Assembly (NCBI GenBank): GCA_963703225.1
Contig: OY969801.1
Coordinates: 1,056,001 to 1,120,000, forward strand
Reading direction: 5' to 3'
Source of the DNA: Candidatus Eiseniibacteriota bacterium
Lineage (GTDB): Bacteria > Eisenbacteria > RBG-16-71-46 > SZUA-252
Length of the DNA: 64,000 bases
The notes under the pieces were generated by a model. The model did no database searches and was not told the DNA's origin. It worked only from the letters and a program-made list of their open reading frames with translations. Position 1 is the stretch's first letter; each line of letters begins with the position of its first letter. Below are positions 1 through 9,903 of the stretch, piece after piece. A program made the position numbers and the translations under genes.

Positions 1-28
1 AGACGATTCGATAGACGCCCACCTTGTA

Positions 29-790
29 GTGTCTGACGCAATGAGTATCACGAGTCCTCGGACTGAAAGGATGGGTTTCGCCATGGCATCTGCCGGTTTG
101 CCGACCATGCGACATGCGATCGCGCTGCTCGCGGCAGCGATACTGTGCGGTTGTGCGCCGACGCGGACGCCGCTCCCGGCAACACCGCCCACGGCGCCTA
201 AGGTGGAGGTGACGACCTCCCGGGAGGGTTGGCCACCGCGTCCCGTCGATCGTAGCGAGATCCGCGTCGTGGAATCGACGACTGTCGCCGGGGATCTCTC
301 GGACTCCCTCGCCCGAGAAGCCCGCGCGACCGTGGAGCGTGATCCACGGGCTCGCACGGCGCTTGGTGCCCGCTGGGCGTACGTTGAGGTCGATCCCGTT
401 GAGGCGGAGAAGGGCGCGCAGGCCCCGGCCCTCGCGACCTACCGCGCGTGGTACTTCAGCCATTCTTACAACACCGCACTGGAAGTACGCCTGCGGGGAT
501 CGGTTGTGACGGAGATTCGACGGGACCCCAGCTACTCCCCGCCGGAGGGAAGAGCCGAGGTTGACTCGGCCCTAGCGCTCGCACGGACCGATCCGCGGCT
601 CCAGGGCCGAGTGGAGGGTCTTCGTGGACAAGGAATCGTCACCTACCCGGCGAAGGGGCAACCCGGCTACGGCCACCGGGTGCTACATGTCACGTTCTTC
701 CGCGCCGACGAGGATCTCGCGCCCTTTGCCGCGATCGTGGACTTGACCGATCGTATTGTGCTCCGCGCTGTCGCACGCGGAGGGAGGTAG
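29..790 (+). CDS. Putative lipoprotein, possibly resembling copper amine oxidase N-terminal (N2/N3-like) domains; start may be ~107
   Basis: Hydrophobic signal with lipobox-like ILCGC; stop lies 3 nt before the next gene. Confidence 0.6.
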   Translation: MSDAMSITSPRTERMGFAMASAGLPTMRHAIALLAAAILCGCAPTRTPLPATPPTAPKVEVTTSREGWPPRPVDRSEIRVVESTTVAGDLSDSLAREARATVERDPRARTALGARWAYVEVDPVEAEKGAQAPALATYRAWYFSHSYNTALEVRLRGSVVTEIRRDPSYSPPEGRAEVDSALALARTDPRLQGRVEGLRGQGIVTYPAKGQPGYGHRVLHVTFFRADEDLAPFAAIVDLTDRIVLRAVARGGR

Positions 791-793
791 CCC

Positions 794-1705
794 ATGCGAC
801 TCTATCGCCATACGCTATCTACGCTCGCAGCAATCAGTGCGCTCCTCAACTGGTCGGGGTCCTCGCTTGCGCACTCAGGGCATACCGTCTGGGGCGCCTG
901 GACATTTGACTGGGAGGTCCGCAACGACGCAGGCCTCGGGCTTCGAAACCTTTACTTCGACGGGAAGCTCGTCGCCTACAAGATGAGCCTCCCGGTGATC
1001 CGGGTTCGTTACGACGGGGACCAGTGCGGTCCCTACGCCGATCGGATCAACTGGGACAATCTCGTCGACATCTCCAACTGCGGCGGTGCCAAGGTTTGTC
1101 AGGAATCCTACTCCTCGGGTGGGCGGAACTGGCTCGAGATCGGCATCCTGGCGCGCATCGGTGCCTATCGACTGTACGACGCTTACTACCTGAGCCATGA
1201 CGGGTGGATCACCTGCCGCCTCTGGAGCCGGGGGCTCCAGTGCGAGGTGGACCACAACCACCACCCCTACTGGCGCTTCGACTTCGACATCGACGGCGCC
1301 GCGTCTGACCAAGTCTTCGTCTACGACTCCAACCGATCGAGCGAAGGGTGGGGTCCTGGCTGGCATAAGTACACCACCGAGCTAAACACCGTGAAAAACC
1401 CATCGACCAACCGAATGTGGTTTCAGCGGGACAGCCGAACGGGGGACGGAGTCTGGGTGATTCCTGGTCCCGATGGGGTGTCAGACTCCTTCGCCGGAGT
1501 GGACGTGGCACCTCGTCGCTACCACTTTGCGGAGGATGTGGCGTGGGCCTTCGGTGCCTGGGGGGAGGTGGGATACCTCGACTACGAGACTATCCAGGAG
1601 CAAGACGACATCACCTGGTACATCGCGCACCTCCACCACGAGGAGGAGGACGGCGAGGATCAGTGGCACTGGGCCGGACCGTGGCTCAAGGTGAGTCGCC
1701 CCTAG
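794..1705 (+). CDS. Secreted copper amine oxidase catalytic-domain-like protein (shortened)
   Basis: GGAGG RBS; signal peptide; HNHHPYWRFDFDIDG resembles the CAO HxH..RLDxDVDG motif; C-terminal AHLHH. Confidence 0.6.
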   Translation: MRLYRHTLSTLAAISALLNWSGSSLAHSGHTVWGAWTFDWEVRNDAGLGLRNLYFDGKLVAYKMSLPVIRVRYDGDQCGPYADRINWDNLVDISNCGGAKVCQESYSSGGRNWLEIGILARIGAYRLYDAYYLSHDGWITCRLWSRGLQCEVDHNHHPYWRFDFDIDGAASDQVFVYDSNRSSEGWGPGWHKYTTELNTVKNPSTNRMWFQRDSRTGDGVWVIPGPDGVSDSFAGVDVAPRRYHFAEDVAWAFGAWGEVGYLDYETIQEQDDITWYIAHLHHEEEDGEDQWHWAGPWLKVSRP

Positions 1706-1765
1706 ATTCGACTACAACGCGAGGAGAGTTGTCATGCCGCTAACTCGATCTGAAGGAGGGTGAAC

Positions 1766-1969
1766 GTGGAGAAGAAACCGTCGGGACTGTCATTTGAATT
1801 GAGCCCTGAACAGCTGAGGGAACTGAGGCCCATCATTGATGCCACCGGGAAGGTCAAGATTGCGGGCACACTCGAGGGCAATCGGCTAAAAGTCTCCTTC
1901 CTCGCGTGCAACGCAGCCTTCCTCGCGTGCAATGCGGCATTCAAGCTCGAGGGTGGTTCCAGCATATAG
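1766..1969 (+). CDS. Small peptide, candidate RiPP precursor with tandem FLACNAA repeat
   Basis: AGGAGG at 1754-1759 then GTG at 1766; repeat units differ only at synonymous positions. Confidence 0.75.
   Translation: MEKKPSGLSFELSPEQLRELRPIIDATGKVKIAGTLEGNRLKVSFLACNAAFLACNAAFKLEGGSSI
1898..1942 (+). repeat. 21-nt imperfect tandem repeat encoding FLACNAA-FLACNAA-F
   Basis: ttcctcgcgtgcaacgcagcc / ttcctcgcgtgcaatgcggca / ttc. Confidence 0.95.
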
Positions 1970-1977
1970 CGACAGTG

Positions 1978-2775
1978 ATGCCTGCCCTTCGGAGCCACCC
2001 AGATCATCTTGCCGATCTCCTCGAAGCTGTCCGGACATACGCCGGTGAAGAGCTCGGAAGCTACGGTGATTTCCTGAGCGCGGCATTCGATGACGTATGC
2101 CCGGTGTTTTTCTGCCGACGTTACGCCGAGTTCTTTTGGCATTGTGCCTGCACGGTCCCAGGGTGGATAGCGAGGGTTGTGCTGGCCAATGCGTCAAAAG
2201 AGAGCGAGGGATCGACAAAGCTGTTCGCTCTTTGGAAGCAGGTGGGTCAAAACGAAGCGGTGGAGAAGGGCGTCTTGGTCCATGCAAGAGACGAGTCACG
2301 ACACGCCCAGTTGTTTGTCGAACTCTCCGGCCGCGCATTTCCGATGATGTTCCGGCCATCGGATCTCGAGAGGTTTCGAGCGAGCCTGCCTGACGTCAGG
2401 CGCTCCTCCCCTGTGAAGTCGGAGAAGTCCATAGGGGAGCCCGAGCTCATCGATCATCTCGTGCAGATGAATATCGGTGAGATTCGCACTCGCATTCACG
2501 TGCATCTACTGGCTCCGGTAATCAGCGTCATGGCGCCCGAAAGCGAACGCGACAGGGTTCGGACAACACTCACCTGTCTCGAGCGTGATGAGGTCCGTCA
2601 CATCGGTTATACAGCGAAATTGATGGAGAATTGGGCCAGAGGAGGCGATGCCAAGCTTGTGCGGGGCCTGTACAAGCGCAGGCTGCACGAGTTCAACATT
2701 ATCACCCTTCGGGAATCCGAGGCAGCGGTACGGTCATATGGTCAGGGGCGATTTCCTGAGCTCCTTGAGATTTGA
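1978..2775 (+). CDS. Ferritin-like diiron-carboxylate protein (putative peptide-modifying oxidase)
   Basis: E..ExxH..E..ExxH pattern (KESEG, DESRH, NIGEIRT, DEVRH); starts 8 nt after the peptide stop. Confidence 0.75.
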   Translation: MPALRSHPDHLADLLEAVRTYAGEELGSYGDFLSAAFDDVCPVFFCRRYAEFFWHCACTVPGWIARVVLANASKESEGSTKLFALWKQVGQNEAVEKGVLVHARDESRHAQLFVELSGRAFPMMFRPSDLERFRASLPDVRRSSPVKSEKSIGEPELIDHLVQMNIGEIRTRIHVHLLAPVISVMAPESERDRVRTTLTCLERDEVRHIGYTAKLMENWARGGDAKLVRGLYKRRLHEFNIITLRESEAAVRSYGQGRFPELLEI

Positions 2776-3059
2776 GACCAGTAAGTGGCTTGGTGCGTCA
2801 ATGAGTGGAAGGCACTCCGCGGTGGAGTGGGTTCCTTAAGAAGATGGGACTCAAGGAACGAGTTCGCCGACTTGCGTGAGCCCGCTTCGCCGCCGATCAA
2901 TGGCTCGGAACCACCTTCGCCTTTCGTAGGCTCAGCCCGTCGAGCGAGACGATGTACTCCCGGTTGGCGGAATCAAACTTCACCGTGTATGAGGTTGGGT
3001 AATAGCCCGGTTTGGCGAAGGCCGGCGGCTGCTTCACCTCGGCCGTGAAGTCGGGCCTG

Positions 3060-3231
3060 GCCGAAGGGCGCCCAGATGCAAGTGATCGTCCAGATGCCGG
3101 AAATCATCCGCTACGCGACGTCGAAGCTCATCTTGGGCCAGGCGATTGGCGCGGGGATCGGCGCAGTGGTTTGCTTCGGCTTCAGCCTCTTGATCACTTC
3201 GAAGCGTCGGAAGACGTCTGCCACCGTCTAG
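3060..3231 (+). pseudogene. 3' remnant of a paralogue of the small membrane protein at 6065-6343
   Basis: Clear nucleotide alignment with 6172-6343; no 5' part. Confidence 0.8.
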
Positions 3232-3263
3232 CGGGTCGGTGGCTCGAACCCCTCGCCCCCTAC

Positions 3264-3908
3264 TCAGCGACCGGTCAATTGCTCCAGGGTCTCGGGGTAT
3301 CGAGCTCCTTGCACGTTGAAGGTCGAGGCCGCCCTCTCGATCTCACGGAGGTCATCAGAGGTAAGTTCGATTGCAACGGCTCCCATGTTCTCGTCCAGGC
3401 GCTCCAGCATTCGGGTGCCCGGGATGGGAACGATCCAGGGCTTCTGTGCCAGCAGCCAAGCGAGCGCGATCTGGGCCGGCGTCGCCTTCTTCCGTCTTGC
3501 AATCTGTCCCAGCAGGTCGACCAAGGCCTGATTCGCCTCGCGAGCTTCCGGCGTGAACCGAGGGAGATTGTTGCGGAAGTCGGAACTGTCGAACGTTGTG
3601 TTCTCGTTGATCTTCCCCGTGAGGAACCCGCGACCGAGAGGGCTATAGGGAACAAAGCCGATGCCGAGTTCCTCTAGCGTCGGCAGCAATGGCGGCGAGG
3701 GCTTCGCCCAAGAGTTCCTCGTTCGCGAACGGACCGTAGACCTCGGCGGTGTGTCGAAGAACGTGACGCCTCGTTCCACGGCTGTCCGAAGAAGAGAGAC
3801 CATCTGCTGCCGATCCCCGGCGGGGCCGTAGGACATGCTCATTCCCATGCAGCCAAGGCCCAGGGCCGACACTTCCAGCCCGCTCGTTCCAAGTTTGCGT
3901 TTCTGCAT
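3264..3908 (-). pseudogene. Aldo/keto reductase with internal deletion and frameshift
   Basis: N-term LGLGCMGM..FFDT joined to C-term GIGFVPYSPLGRG..IPGT; central catalytic part missing. Confidence 0.85.
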
Positions 3909-4114
3909 GATTTCTCCTTGAGGGCGAGATCGTTCTCCTGCTGACGGGTACGAGTCTAGATCACGCGCCCTTCGGGTGCCTCTTGCGGAATGAGCGGCCG
4001 GTCTGCTGGCGCCCGACCGCCGAGCACTGTGGGCCCTGGCCCCCTTGCCGCGAATCGGCTATCCTCTTTGCCCCAACCCACGACGCGCACTAACCTTGGT
4101 CGGGAGAGCCATTC

Positions 4115-5029
4115 ATGAGTCGCTACGCCTCTCATGCCCGGATCGACGTGCCCTGGTTTGCCCTTCTTATCGCCTCGATCGTTTGCGTGATTCTCGCGCC
4201 GTACGCCGTCGCAGGCATCAATCCTCTCAAGAAGGCTAAGGACGCGGTCACGAAGCCCGCGGAAAAGAAGGCCGCGCCGACGGCGCAAAGCGACGAGCAG
4301 GTTGTGTTCGATGAAGTAACCCTGGAGCTAACGAATTCACGGCTCGATGCAATGCTCTCCGCGTGCAAGAAGGCAGCCGATGCGGCCGCCGGTCGCCCGG
4401 CTCTCGTGGAGAAGCTCAACAAGACGAGCGACGAGCGCGGCAAGCTGGATGAGAAGCAAGGCGAGGCGGTCCGAGAGCTTCAGAGGAAGCGGGGTGACGT
4501 CGAGGTCTGTTACCACGACGAATACCACAAGTTGATGGATAAGCGGAGGCAGGAGTACGCGGCGAAAGCCACAACGGATCCTGCGATTCTTCAGAAGTTC
4601 TCCCAACTCGCTCAAGAGCAGGCCATGGCCAACGCAAAAGGTGACACCGCAAGCCTCCAGAGAATCAACGACGCCATGATGCAAATGATGGCGCTGACAA
4701 AGGACGATTCACTCAGGGTGAAGCAGAAGTGCGGCCCGATCCCTCCCCACTCGGCGGCAGAGGACCAGCTCGAGGCCTTTGACAAGCAGATTGCGTCACT
4801 CAACGAACAGATCCGAGTGGTCGACGAGAACGTCGCCAAGGCGCTGGCCAAGGCGGGCGGGATGACCCAGGAGCAGTGGGGCGTGGCGCGCGAACGGCTC
4901 CTGGGTTACATCCCCTCGCCCGGAAAGGAGCCCCCAGCAGACCCCCAGGGGTTCAGCGACGACGAGATTGATGCCCTGGAGAAACACCTCGACCAGCTGC
5001 GTGACGCACACAGTAGCTCCTGCTTGTAG
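4115..5029 (+). CDS. Hypothetical secreted helical protein
   Basis: 304-aa ORF with signal peptide and host-like codon usage. Confidence 0.7.
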   Translation: MSRYASHARIDVPWFALLIASIVCVILAPYAVAGINPLKKAKDAVTKPAEKKAAPTAQSDEQVVFDEVTLELTNSRLDAMLSACKKAADAAAGRPALVEKLNKTSDERGKLDEKQGEAVRELQRKRGDVEVCYHDEYHKLMDKRRQEYAAKATTDPAILQKFSQLAQEQAMANAKGDTASLQRINDAMMQMMALTKDDSLRVKQKCGPIPPHSAAEDQLEAFDKQIASLNEQIRVVDENVAKALAKAGGMTQEQWGVARERLLGYIPSPGKEPPADPQGFSDDEIDALEKHLDQLRDAHSSSCL

Positions 5030-6005
5030 CGCGCGTCGTTGCGCCCTTGCCGCGGCGATCGTAGTCCTCTGCGGCGCTGGGTGCGCGCCCGAGTCCGTCG
5101 AACGCCCGCGCTCGACCTTGTCGGTCCTGCAAGCTGGCGCGTGGCGCGAGTTCTGGCGCTCCGACCGAGCCCCCGCCCGTTGGATGGGCCCCGACTCGTC
5201 GCTCGTCCGCTCGCTGGGCTGGCAGAAGCTCTCCCCGGGTCTGGAGTGGGCCAGCACGAGGCTTGCTTGCGGCGCTCCCGCATGGCGCCAGAGGCTCATC
5301 GTGGCGCGCCTCGATCCGCGCGAGGTGCGGCTCAGCCTCGAGATGGATCTCACCCGGGAGGACATGCGCCCCGCGTGGTCGACCGACCGGGCCCCAGGTG
5401 ACGCGATCCTCGCGGTGAACGCGGGCCAGTTCGTGAGCGCGATGCCCTGGGGATGGGTGCTGATCGATGGACGCCAGCGTCTCCGCCCCGGAACGGGTCC
5501 CCTCGCCAGCGCCATCGCGATCGATGCCGACGGTGGCGTGCGCTGGACCCACGGCGACTCGCTCGCCGATCTGTCCGGCGTGGTCACGGGGTTTCAGTCC
5601 TACCCCACGCTGCTCGCCGGCGACGGCGTCGTGCCGCCCGCCCTTCGAACGCCCGGTGGGGGCGTGAACTTGACCCATCGCGACGCGCGACTGGCGCTGG
5701 GAGAGACCCGGGACGGCCACCTGCTCATCGCGATGACGCGCTTCGACGCGATGGGCGAAGCGGCCGGTCAGGTTCCCTTAGGTCCCACCACACCGGAAAT
5801 GGCCGCGATCATGGGAGCCCTCGGAGCCCGTGACGCGGTCATGCTCGACGGCGGCATCTCGGCGCAGCTGCTCTTGAGGGATCCCGCTCGCAATCCCGCC
5901 CTCGAGTGGCGGGGCCTGCGCCGGGTCCCGCTCGCCCTCATCGCGAGGGTGCGCAGGGCGCCGATAGACGAAAGCAGAGGCGGTCAACAAGGCGGCGTGA
6001 GATGA
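4968..6005 (+). CDS. Phosphodiester glycosidase (NAGPA-like) family protein; start uncertain
   Basis: AVNAGQF, HRDARLALG and AVMLDGGIS motifs. Confidence 0.7.
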   Translation: MMPWRNTSTSCVTHTVAPACSARRCALAAAIVVLCGAGCAPESVERPRSTLSVLQAGAWREFWRSDRAPARWMGPDSSLVRSLGWQKLSPGLEWASTRLACGAPAWRQRLIVARLDPREVRLSLEMDLTREDMRPAWSTDRAPGDAILAVNAGQFVSAMPWGWVLIDGRQRLRPGTGPLASAIAIDADGGVRWTHGDSLADLSGVVTGFQSYPTLLAGDGVVPPALRTPGGGVNLTHRDARLALGETRDGHLLIAMTRFDAMGEAAGQVPLGPTTPEMAAIMGALGARDAVMLDGGISAQLLLRDPARNPALEWRGLRRVPLALIARVRRAPIDESRGGQQGGVR

Positions 6006-6064
6006 TGCCCGGAATCGAATGATGCGGTGATGCGTTGGGTTGCGTTCCCACTGAGGGCTTCGAC

Positions 6065-6343
6065 ATGAAAACGCATGTGATCTTCCTGCTGCTAGGCGCC
6101 CTCCTGGGCGCGGCCCTGGCTTCGGTTGTCGTGCCGCCGACCCTCTCGTGGTACGCGTCGCCGGGGGGGATGCCGAAGGGCGCGCAGGTGCAGGTGGTCG
6201 TCCAGATGCCGGAAGTCATCCACTACGCGACGTCGAAGCTCATCATGGGCCAGGCGATTGGCGCGGGGGTCGGTGCGGTGGCTTGCTTCGGGTTCAGCCT
6301 CTTCCTCGCGTCGAAACGCCGGAAGAAGTCCGCGGTCGTCTAG
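6065..6343 (+). CDS. Small two-TM membrane protein
   Basis: Two hydrophobic segments and a basic tail; paralogous remnant at 3060. Confidence 0.7.
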   Translation: MKTHVIFLLLGALLGAALASVVVPPTLSWYASPGGMPKGAQVQVVVQMPEVIHYATSKLIMGQAIGAGVGAVACFGFSLFLASKRRKKSAVV

Positions 6344-6359
6344 GAGAGGTGCATGTCGG

Positions 6360-7850
6360 ATGACTAGGCTCCGCTGGCTTGCGGCGGCAATCGCCGCGAC
6401 CACAATCGCCCCCGTGTCCGCCGCCGTGGCCCAACAGGCGGACCGAGGATCTCCGGACAGCACGCAACGTCAGCTTGTCCTGGAGGCCAAGCCCTGGACG
6501 GGCGACTTGGACGGAATGCTGGAGCGCCGTCGCATACGGGTCCTCGTGCCCTACAGCCGCACACTCTTCTTCACCGACCACGGTCGCGAGCGTGGCCTGG
6601 CGGCGGAGTTGGCCCGCGACTTCGAGGGCTACATCAACCGAAAGTATGCCAAGCAGCTCGGCAAGCGCCCCGTCACGGTCCTCCTCATTCCGACGACGCG
6701 CGACAAGCTTCTCACGAACCTCGTCGCGGGTCTGGGCGACATTGCGGCAGGCAACCTGACCGCCACCGACGAGCGGCTGAAGATCGTCGACTTCGTCGCT
6801 CCTTCGGACCGGAAGCCGGTGCGTGAGTTGCTCGTCACCGGGCCCACATCCCCGGCGATCGACTCGCTGGAAGATCTCTCCGGCAAGACGGTGCAGCTGC
6901 GCCCCGCGTCCAGCTACTACGAGAGCGTCGTGGCCCTCAACACGGAGTTCTTGAAGTCGGGCAAGCCGGCGGTGGAAATCGACTCGCTCCCGGACGCCCT
7001 GGAAGATGAAGACTTCATGGAGATGCTGAACGCGGGGATCATCCAGCTCGCGATCGTCGACGGCTGGAAGGCGAAGATATGGGCGCGGGTGCTGCCGAAG
7101 ATCCGAGTGCGGGATGGCGTGGTGCTGAGGAGCGAAGGCTACACCGGCTGGGCGATCCGCAAGGAGAGCCCAACACTCCAGGGCTCCATCGAAGCCTTCT
7201 ACCGGACCTTCGTCAAGAAGCAGGGTGTCATCGAGACCCGGCTCGTGCGCTATCAGAAGCAGATCAAGCAGATCGCCAACAACACGAACGGGCAGGAGTG
7301 GAGGCGCCTCCAAACGACGATTGCGCTCTTCCGGAAGTACGGAGATCGATATGGGTTCGACCCGCTCATGCTGGCGGCCCAGGGCTTCCAGGAGTCGCAA
7401 CTGAACCAGAATGCGAAGAGCCACGTCGGCGCTGTGGGCGTCATGCAGATCATGCCCGCGACCGGCGCGGAGCTCAATGTCGGCGACATCCATACCCTCG
7501 AGCCGAACATCCATGCCGGCGCGAAGTACATGAATCGGCTCATGACCCGGTACTTCTCCGACGCGCACTTTCCCGATGAAGATAGGACGCTCTTCGCGTT
7601 CGCGAGCTACAACGCCGGCCCCGGCAACATCGCACGCATGCGCCGGCTGGCGGAAAAGCGCGGGCTGGACCCCGACCGGTGGTTCAACAATGTCGAGCTG
7701 GTGGTTGCGGACAGGATCGGGATCGAGACGACGACCTATGTCCGGAACATCTACAAGTACTATGTTGCCTACAAGCTCACCCTAAGGGCACGGGATGTGC
7801 AGCAACGGGCGCGGGAAGGCGTGCCGGCCGCGGGAGGAGTGTCGCAGTGA
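6360..7850 (+). CDS. MltF-like lytic transglycosylase (substrate-binding + SLT domains)
   Basis: AQGFQES, GVMQIMP and ASYNAGPG SLT motifs; N-terminal SBP_3-like region. Confidence 0.9.
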   Translation: MTRLRWLAAAIAATTIAPVSAAVAQQADRGSPDSTQRQLVLEAKPWTGDLDGMLERRRIRVLVPYSRTLFFTDHGRERGLAAELARDFEGYINRKYAKQLGKRPVTVLLIPTTRDKLLTNLVAGLGDIAAGNLTATDERLKIVDFVAPSDRKPVRELLVTGPTSPAIDSLEDLSGKTVQLRPASSYYESVVALNTEFLKSGKPAVEIDSLPDALEDEDFMEMLNAGIIQLAIVDGWKAKIWARVLPKIRVRDGVVLRSEGYTGWAIRKESPTLQGSIEAFYRTFVKKQGVIETRLVRYQKQIKQIANNTNGQEWRRLQTTIALFRKYGDRYGFDPLMLAAQGFQESQLNQNAKSHVGAVGVMQIMPATGAELNVGDIHTLEPNIHAGAKYMNRLMTRYFSDAHFPDEDRTLFAFASYNAGPGNIARMRRLAEKRGLDPDRWFNNVELVVADRIGIETTTYVRNIYKYYVAYKLTLRARDVQQRAREGVPAAGGVSQ

Positions 7851-8020
7851 ACCCGGAGGCGCGCGCACGCCTCACAAGGCCCGTCGCGACAGGGTAATAC
7901 GCATCCCCCCAGAGGGTCACCCCCCCCACAAGGCGTCAGGCGCCCATTTGACGCTGCGGATCGTGCATCTCCGCGCCTTGTCGCGCACCGACGCCGCCGT
8001 CTGCTTCGGACTTGTGTAGT

Positions 8021-8300
8021 TCATTTTCTCCTCCTCTTTGAAATGAAGAACGCCTCAAGGCGGTCCATGCGCTCATTCCAGAAGCGCTCGTACCGGTGCG
8101 CCCAGCGCGCGACGTCCCGGAGCGGGTCAGCGTTCAATTCCAGCGTATGCTCGCGGCCCCGTCGCGCCCGTCGCACCAGGCCGGCCCGCTCGAGCACCTT
8201 GAGGTGCTTGGAGACCGCGTTGAGCGACATGTCGAACGGCGCTGCCACGTCGGTAACCCGCGCCGGCCCGCGCGCCAAGCGATCGATGATCGCCCACTGC
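8021..8300 (-). pseudogene. ArsR/SmtB family regulator, apparently 5'-truncated
   Basis: MSLNAVSKHLKVLERAGLV..GRE HTH motif; no credible N-terminus. Confidence 0.7.
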
Positions 8301-8373
8301 GTGAGATCTGCCAGGAGCGCGGGTGGACCCGCCACCTTCGGAACTTCGCACGTGGCTCGAAGCATGGCTCAAG

Positions 8374-8416
8374 GAAACGTGGTAGCTTACTTGGCCCAGT
8401 TTCCATGGGCCGTAAG
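8374..8416 (+). repeat. Decayed junction relic (tRNA promoter + first bases of tRNA-Lys)
   Basis: gaaacgtggtagcttacttggcccagt..tgggccgtaag resembles the sequence upstream of the intact tRNA (52873-52915) and of the 46104 half. Confidence 0.7.
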
Positions 8417-8454
8417 ACAAATTCTCATCGCGACCGAGGTTCCCGTGAGGATAG

Positions 8455-9567
8455 GTGCTTAGCGCGTACACCGAGCCGCGTGTCAGCGGCGAGGCGATCC
8501 TCTACCGGCTCTTCGACGTGGGATACGAAATTCGTCTCGACAAGGCGTTCGAGCTTCTCTCGTCGAGCGCGCCCGAGCGTGCGAAGCCGGTTCGAGGCGA
8601 GGCGCATGCCATTCAGATCCAGAACCCTCCGGTCACGGTGTCGCTGGGGATGGAATCGATCGAGATCGGCGATCGAATCCAGCCAGTCGAGATCTCGGCG
8701 CGCATCTTCGACTTCGGCGTCGTCTCGCTGCGGGCACACCTTCCGGTGTCAGCGATCGGCTGGGAAGAGTTCGTCGCGTTCGGCGTGGCGGCCGGCACGA
8801 GCCGAGCGTGGGGGCTGTTCGGGAATTGCCGCGACCGCCTGCTCGAGAAGATTCATCCCGCGATCGACAGGCCTGAGCGCCCTCCGGTCACCGAAGAGTA
8901 CATAATCTACCGCATCAACAGATTGGAGAGCCGGGCCGGCGACCCGGTCCTACCCGCCACACTGCCCGACGAGGGAATCGCCAAGCTGCTCGTGGGCGAG
9001 GTACGTCCGCTCGCCGAAGGGGCGCGACGGGAGCTTCTCTCGCAACGATTCTCCTACTTCGACGACGACCTCGCGGTCCTCACGTGGAATGCCGCGCTTG
9101 TTGTGGAATCGGCACCCGAAGACAAAGACGTGCAGTACGTCCTCGAGTTCGCAAACGCCCAACTCCTCGAGTTGCGCTACTACGACTCACTCCTCGACAG
9201 CGAGCTACCGCGCACCTATGACGAGATTGTCGCGGCCCGAGGCAGGTTTCACATTCTGGGCCGCAGGTTCAGCCGCCTCCTGGCACTCCTTCAAACCCGC
9301 GTCGCAGACGCGACCGAGGCGATCGAGCGCGCGGAGAACTCCCTCAAGGTCACCGATGACGTCTTCCTGGCTCGGATCTACGGCGGGGCGCTGGATATCT
9401 TCCGAGGACCAATATGGCGTCAAGGCGTCGACAGGAAAGTGGCCCTCATCCGGGATGCGTACTCGATGCTCAACGCCGAAGCTCAGGCGCGCCGAGCCGA
9501 AGTGACGGAGCTCATTATCATCGCCCTCATCGCCCTGGAAATCGTGCTAGCCGTGATCAGGAGCTAA
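8455..9567 (+). CDS. Hypothetical membrane-anchored protein (RMD1/DUF155-like)
   Basis: 370-aa ORF; EFANAQLLELRYYD; C-terminal TM. Confidence 0.7.
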   Translation: MLSAYTEPRVSGEAILYRLFDVGYEIRLDKAFELLSSSAPERAKPVRGEAHAIQIQNPPVTVSLGMESIEIGDRIQPVEISARIFDFGVVSLRAHLPVSAIGWEEFVAFGVAAGTSRAWGLFGNCRDRLLEKIHPAIDRPERPPVTEEYIIYRINRLESRAGDPVLPATLPDEGIAKLLVGEVRPLAEGARRELLSQRFSYFDDDLAVLTWNAALVVESAPEDKDVQYVLEFANAQLLELRYYDSLLDSELPRTYDEIVAARGRFHILGRRFSRLLALLQTRVADATEAIERAENSLKVTDDVFLARIYGGALDIFRGPIWRQGVDRKVALIRDAYSMLNAEAQARRAEVTELIIIALIALEIVLAVIRS

Positions 9568-9903
9568 GCCCTCGGGCGTGAGCACGTGAAGGCTCTCGTC
9601 GCGCCGCGCTAGACATCGATTGCACATATAAATGTGAGCAGGACAAGCATTGGACATGACCATTCTCCTTCCAGAAATGGTCGGGGCGTTCCAGGGAACC
9701 GCGAGCAGGACAAAGCCGAAGGCCCCCGCGGCTACTGATTGCCGATGCCGTGGTCGCAGTCGACCGCCACGACTGCCTCGCCGGAGGGGCATCCGCTAGG
9801 TGCGGTTAGGACGCTTGACAGCTGCTGCCCCGGTCCATCATACTTTACATCGCAAAGTACTTCGCAATATGGGAGGAGAATGCCGATACCGGAGGGTCCT
9901 AGG

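Noticed and set aside
1766..2775. Assignment to methanobactin, ranthipeptide, lanthipeptide or another known RiPP class
   Set aside because: No MbnB/MNIO, radical SAM CxxxCxxC, LanM/B/C or YcaO features in neighbouring genes.
7905..7935. CCCCCAGAGGGT as an arm-hairpin relic
   Set aside because: Only ~11 nt match; no second stem strand or other arm elements.
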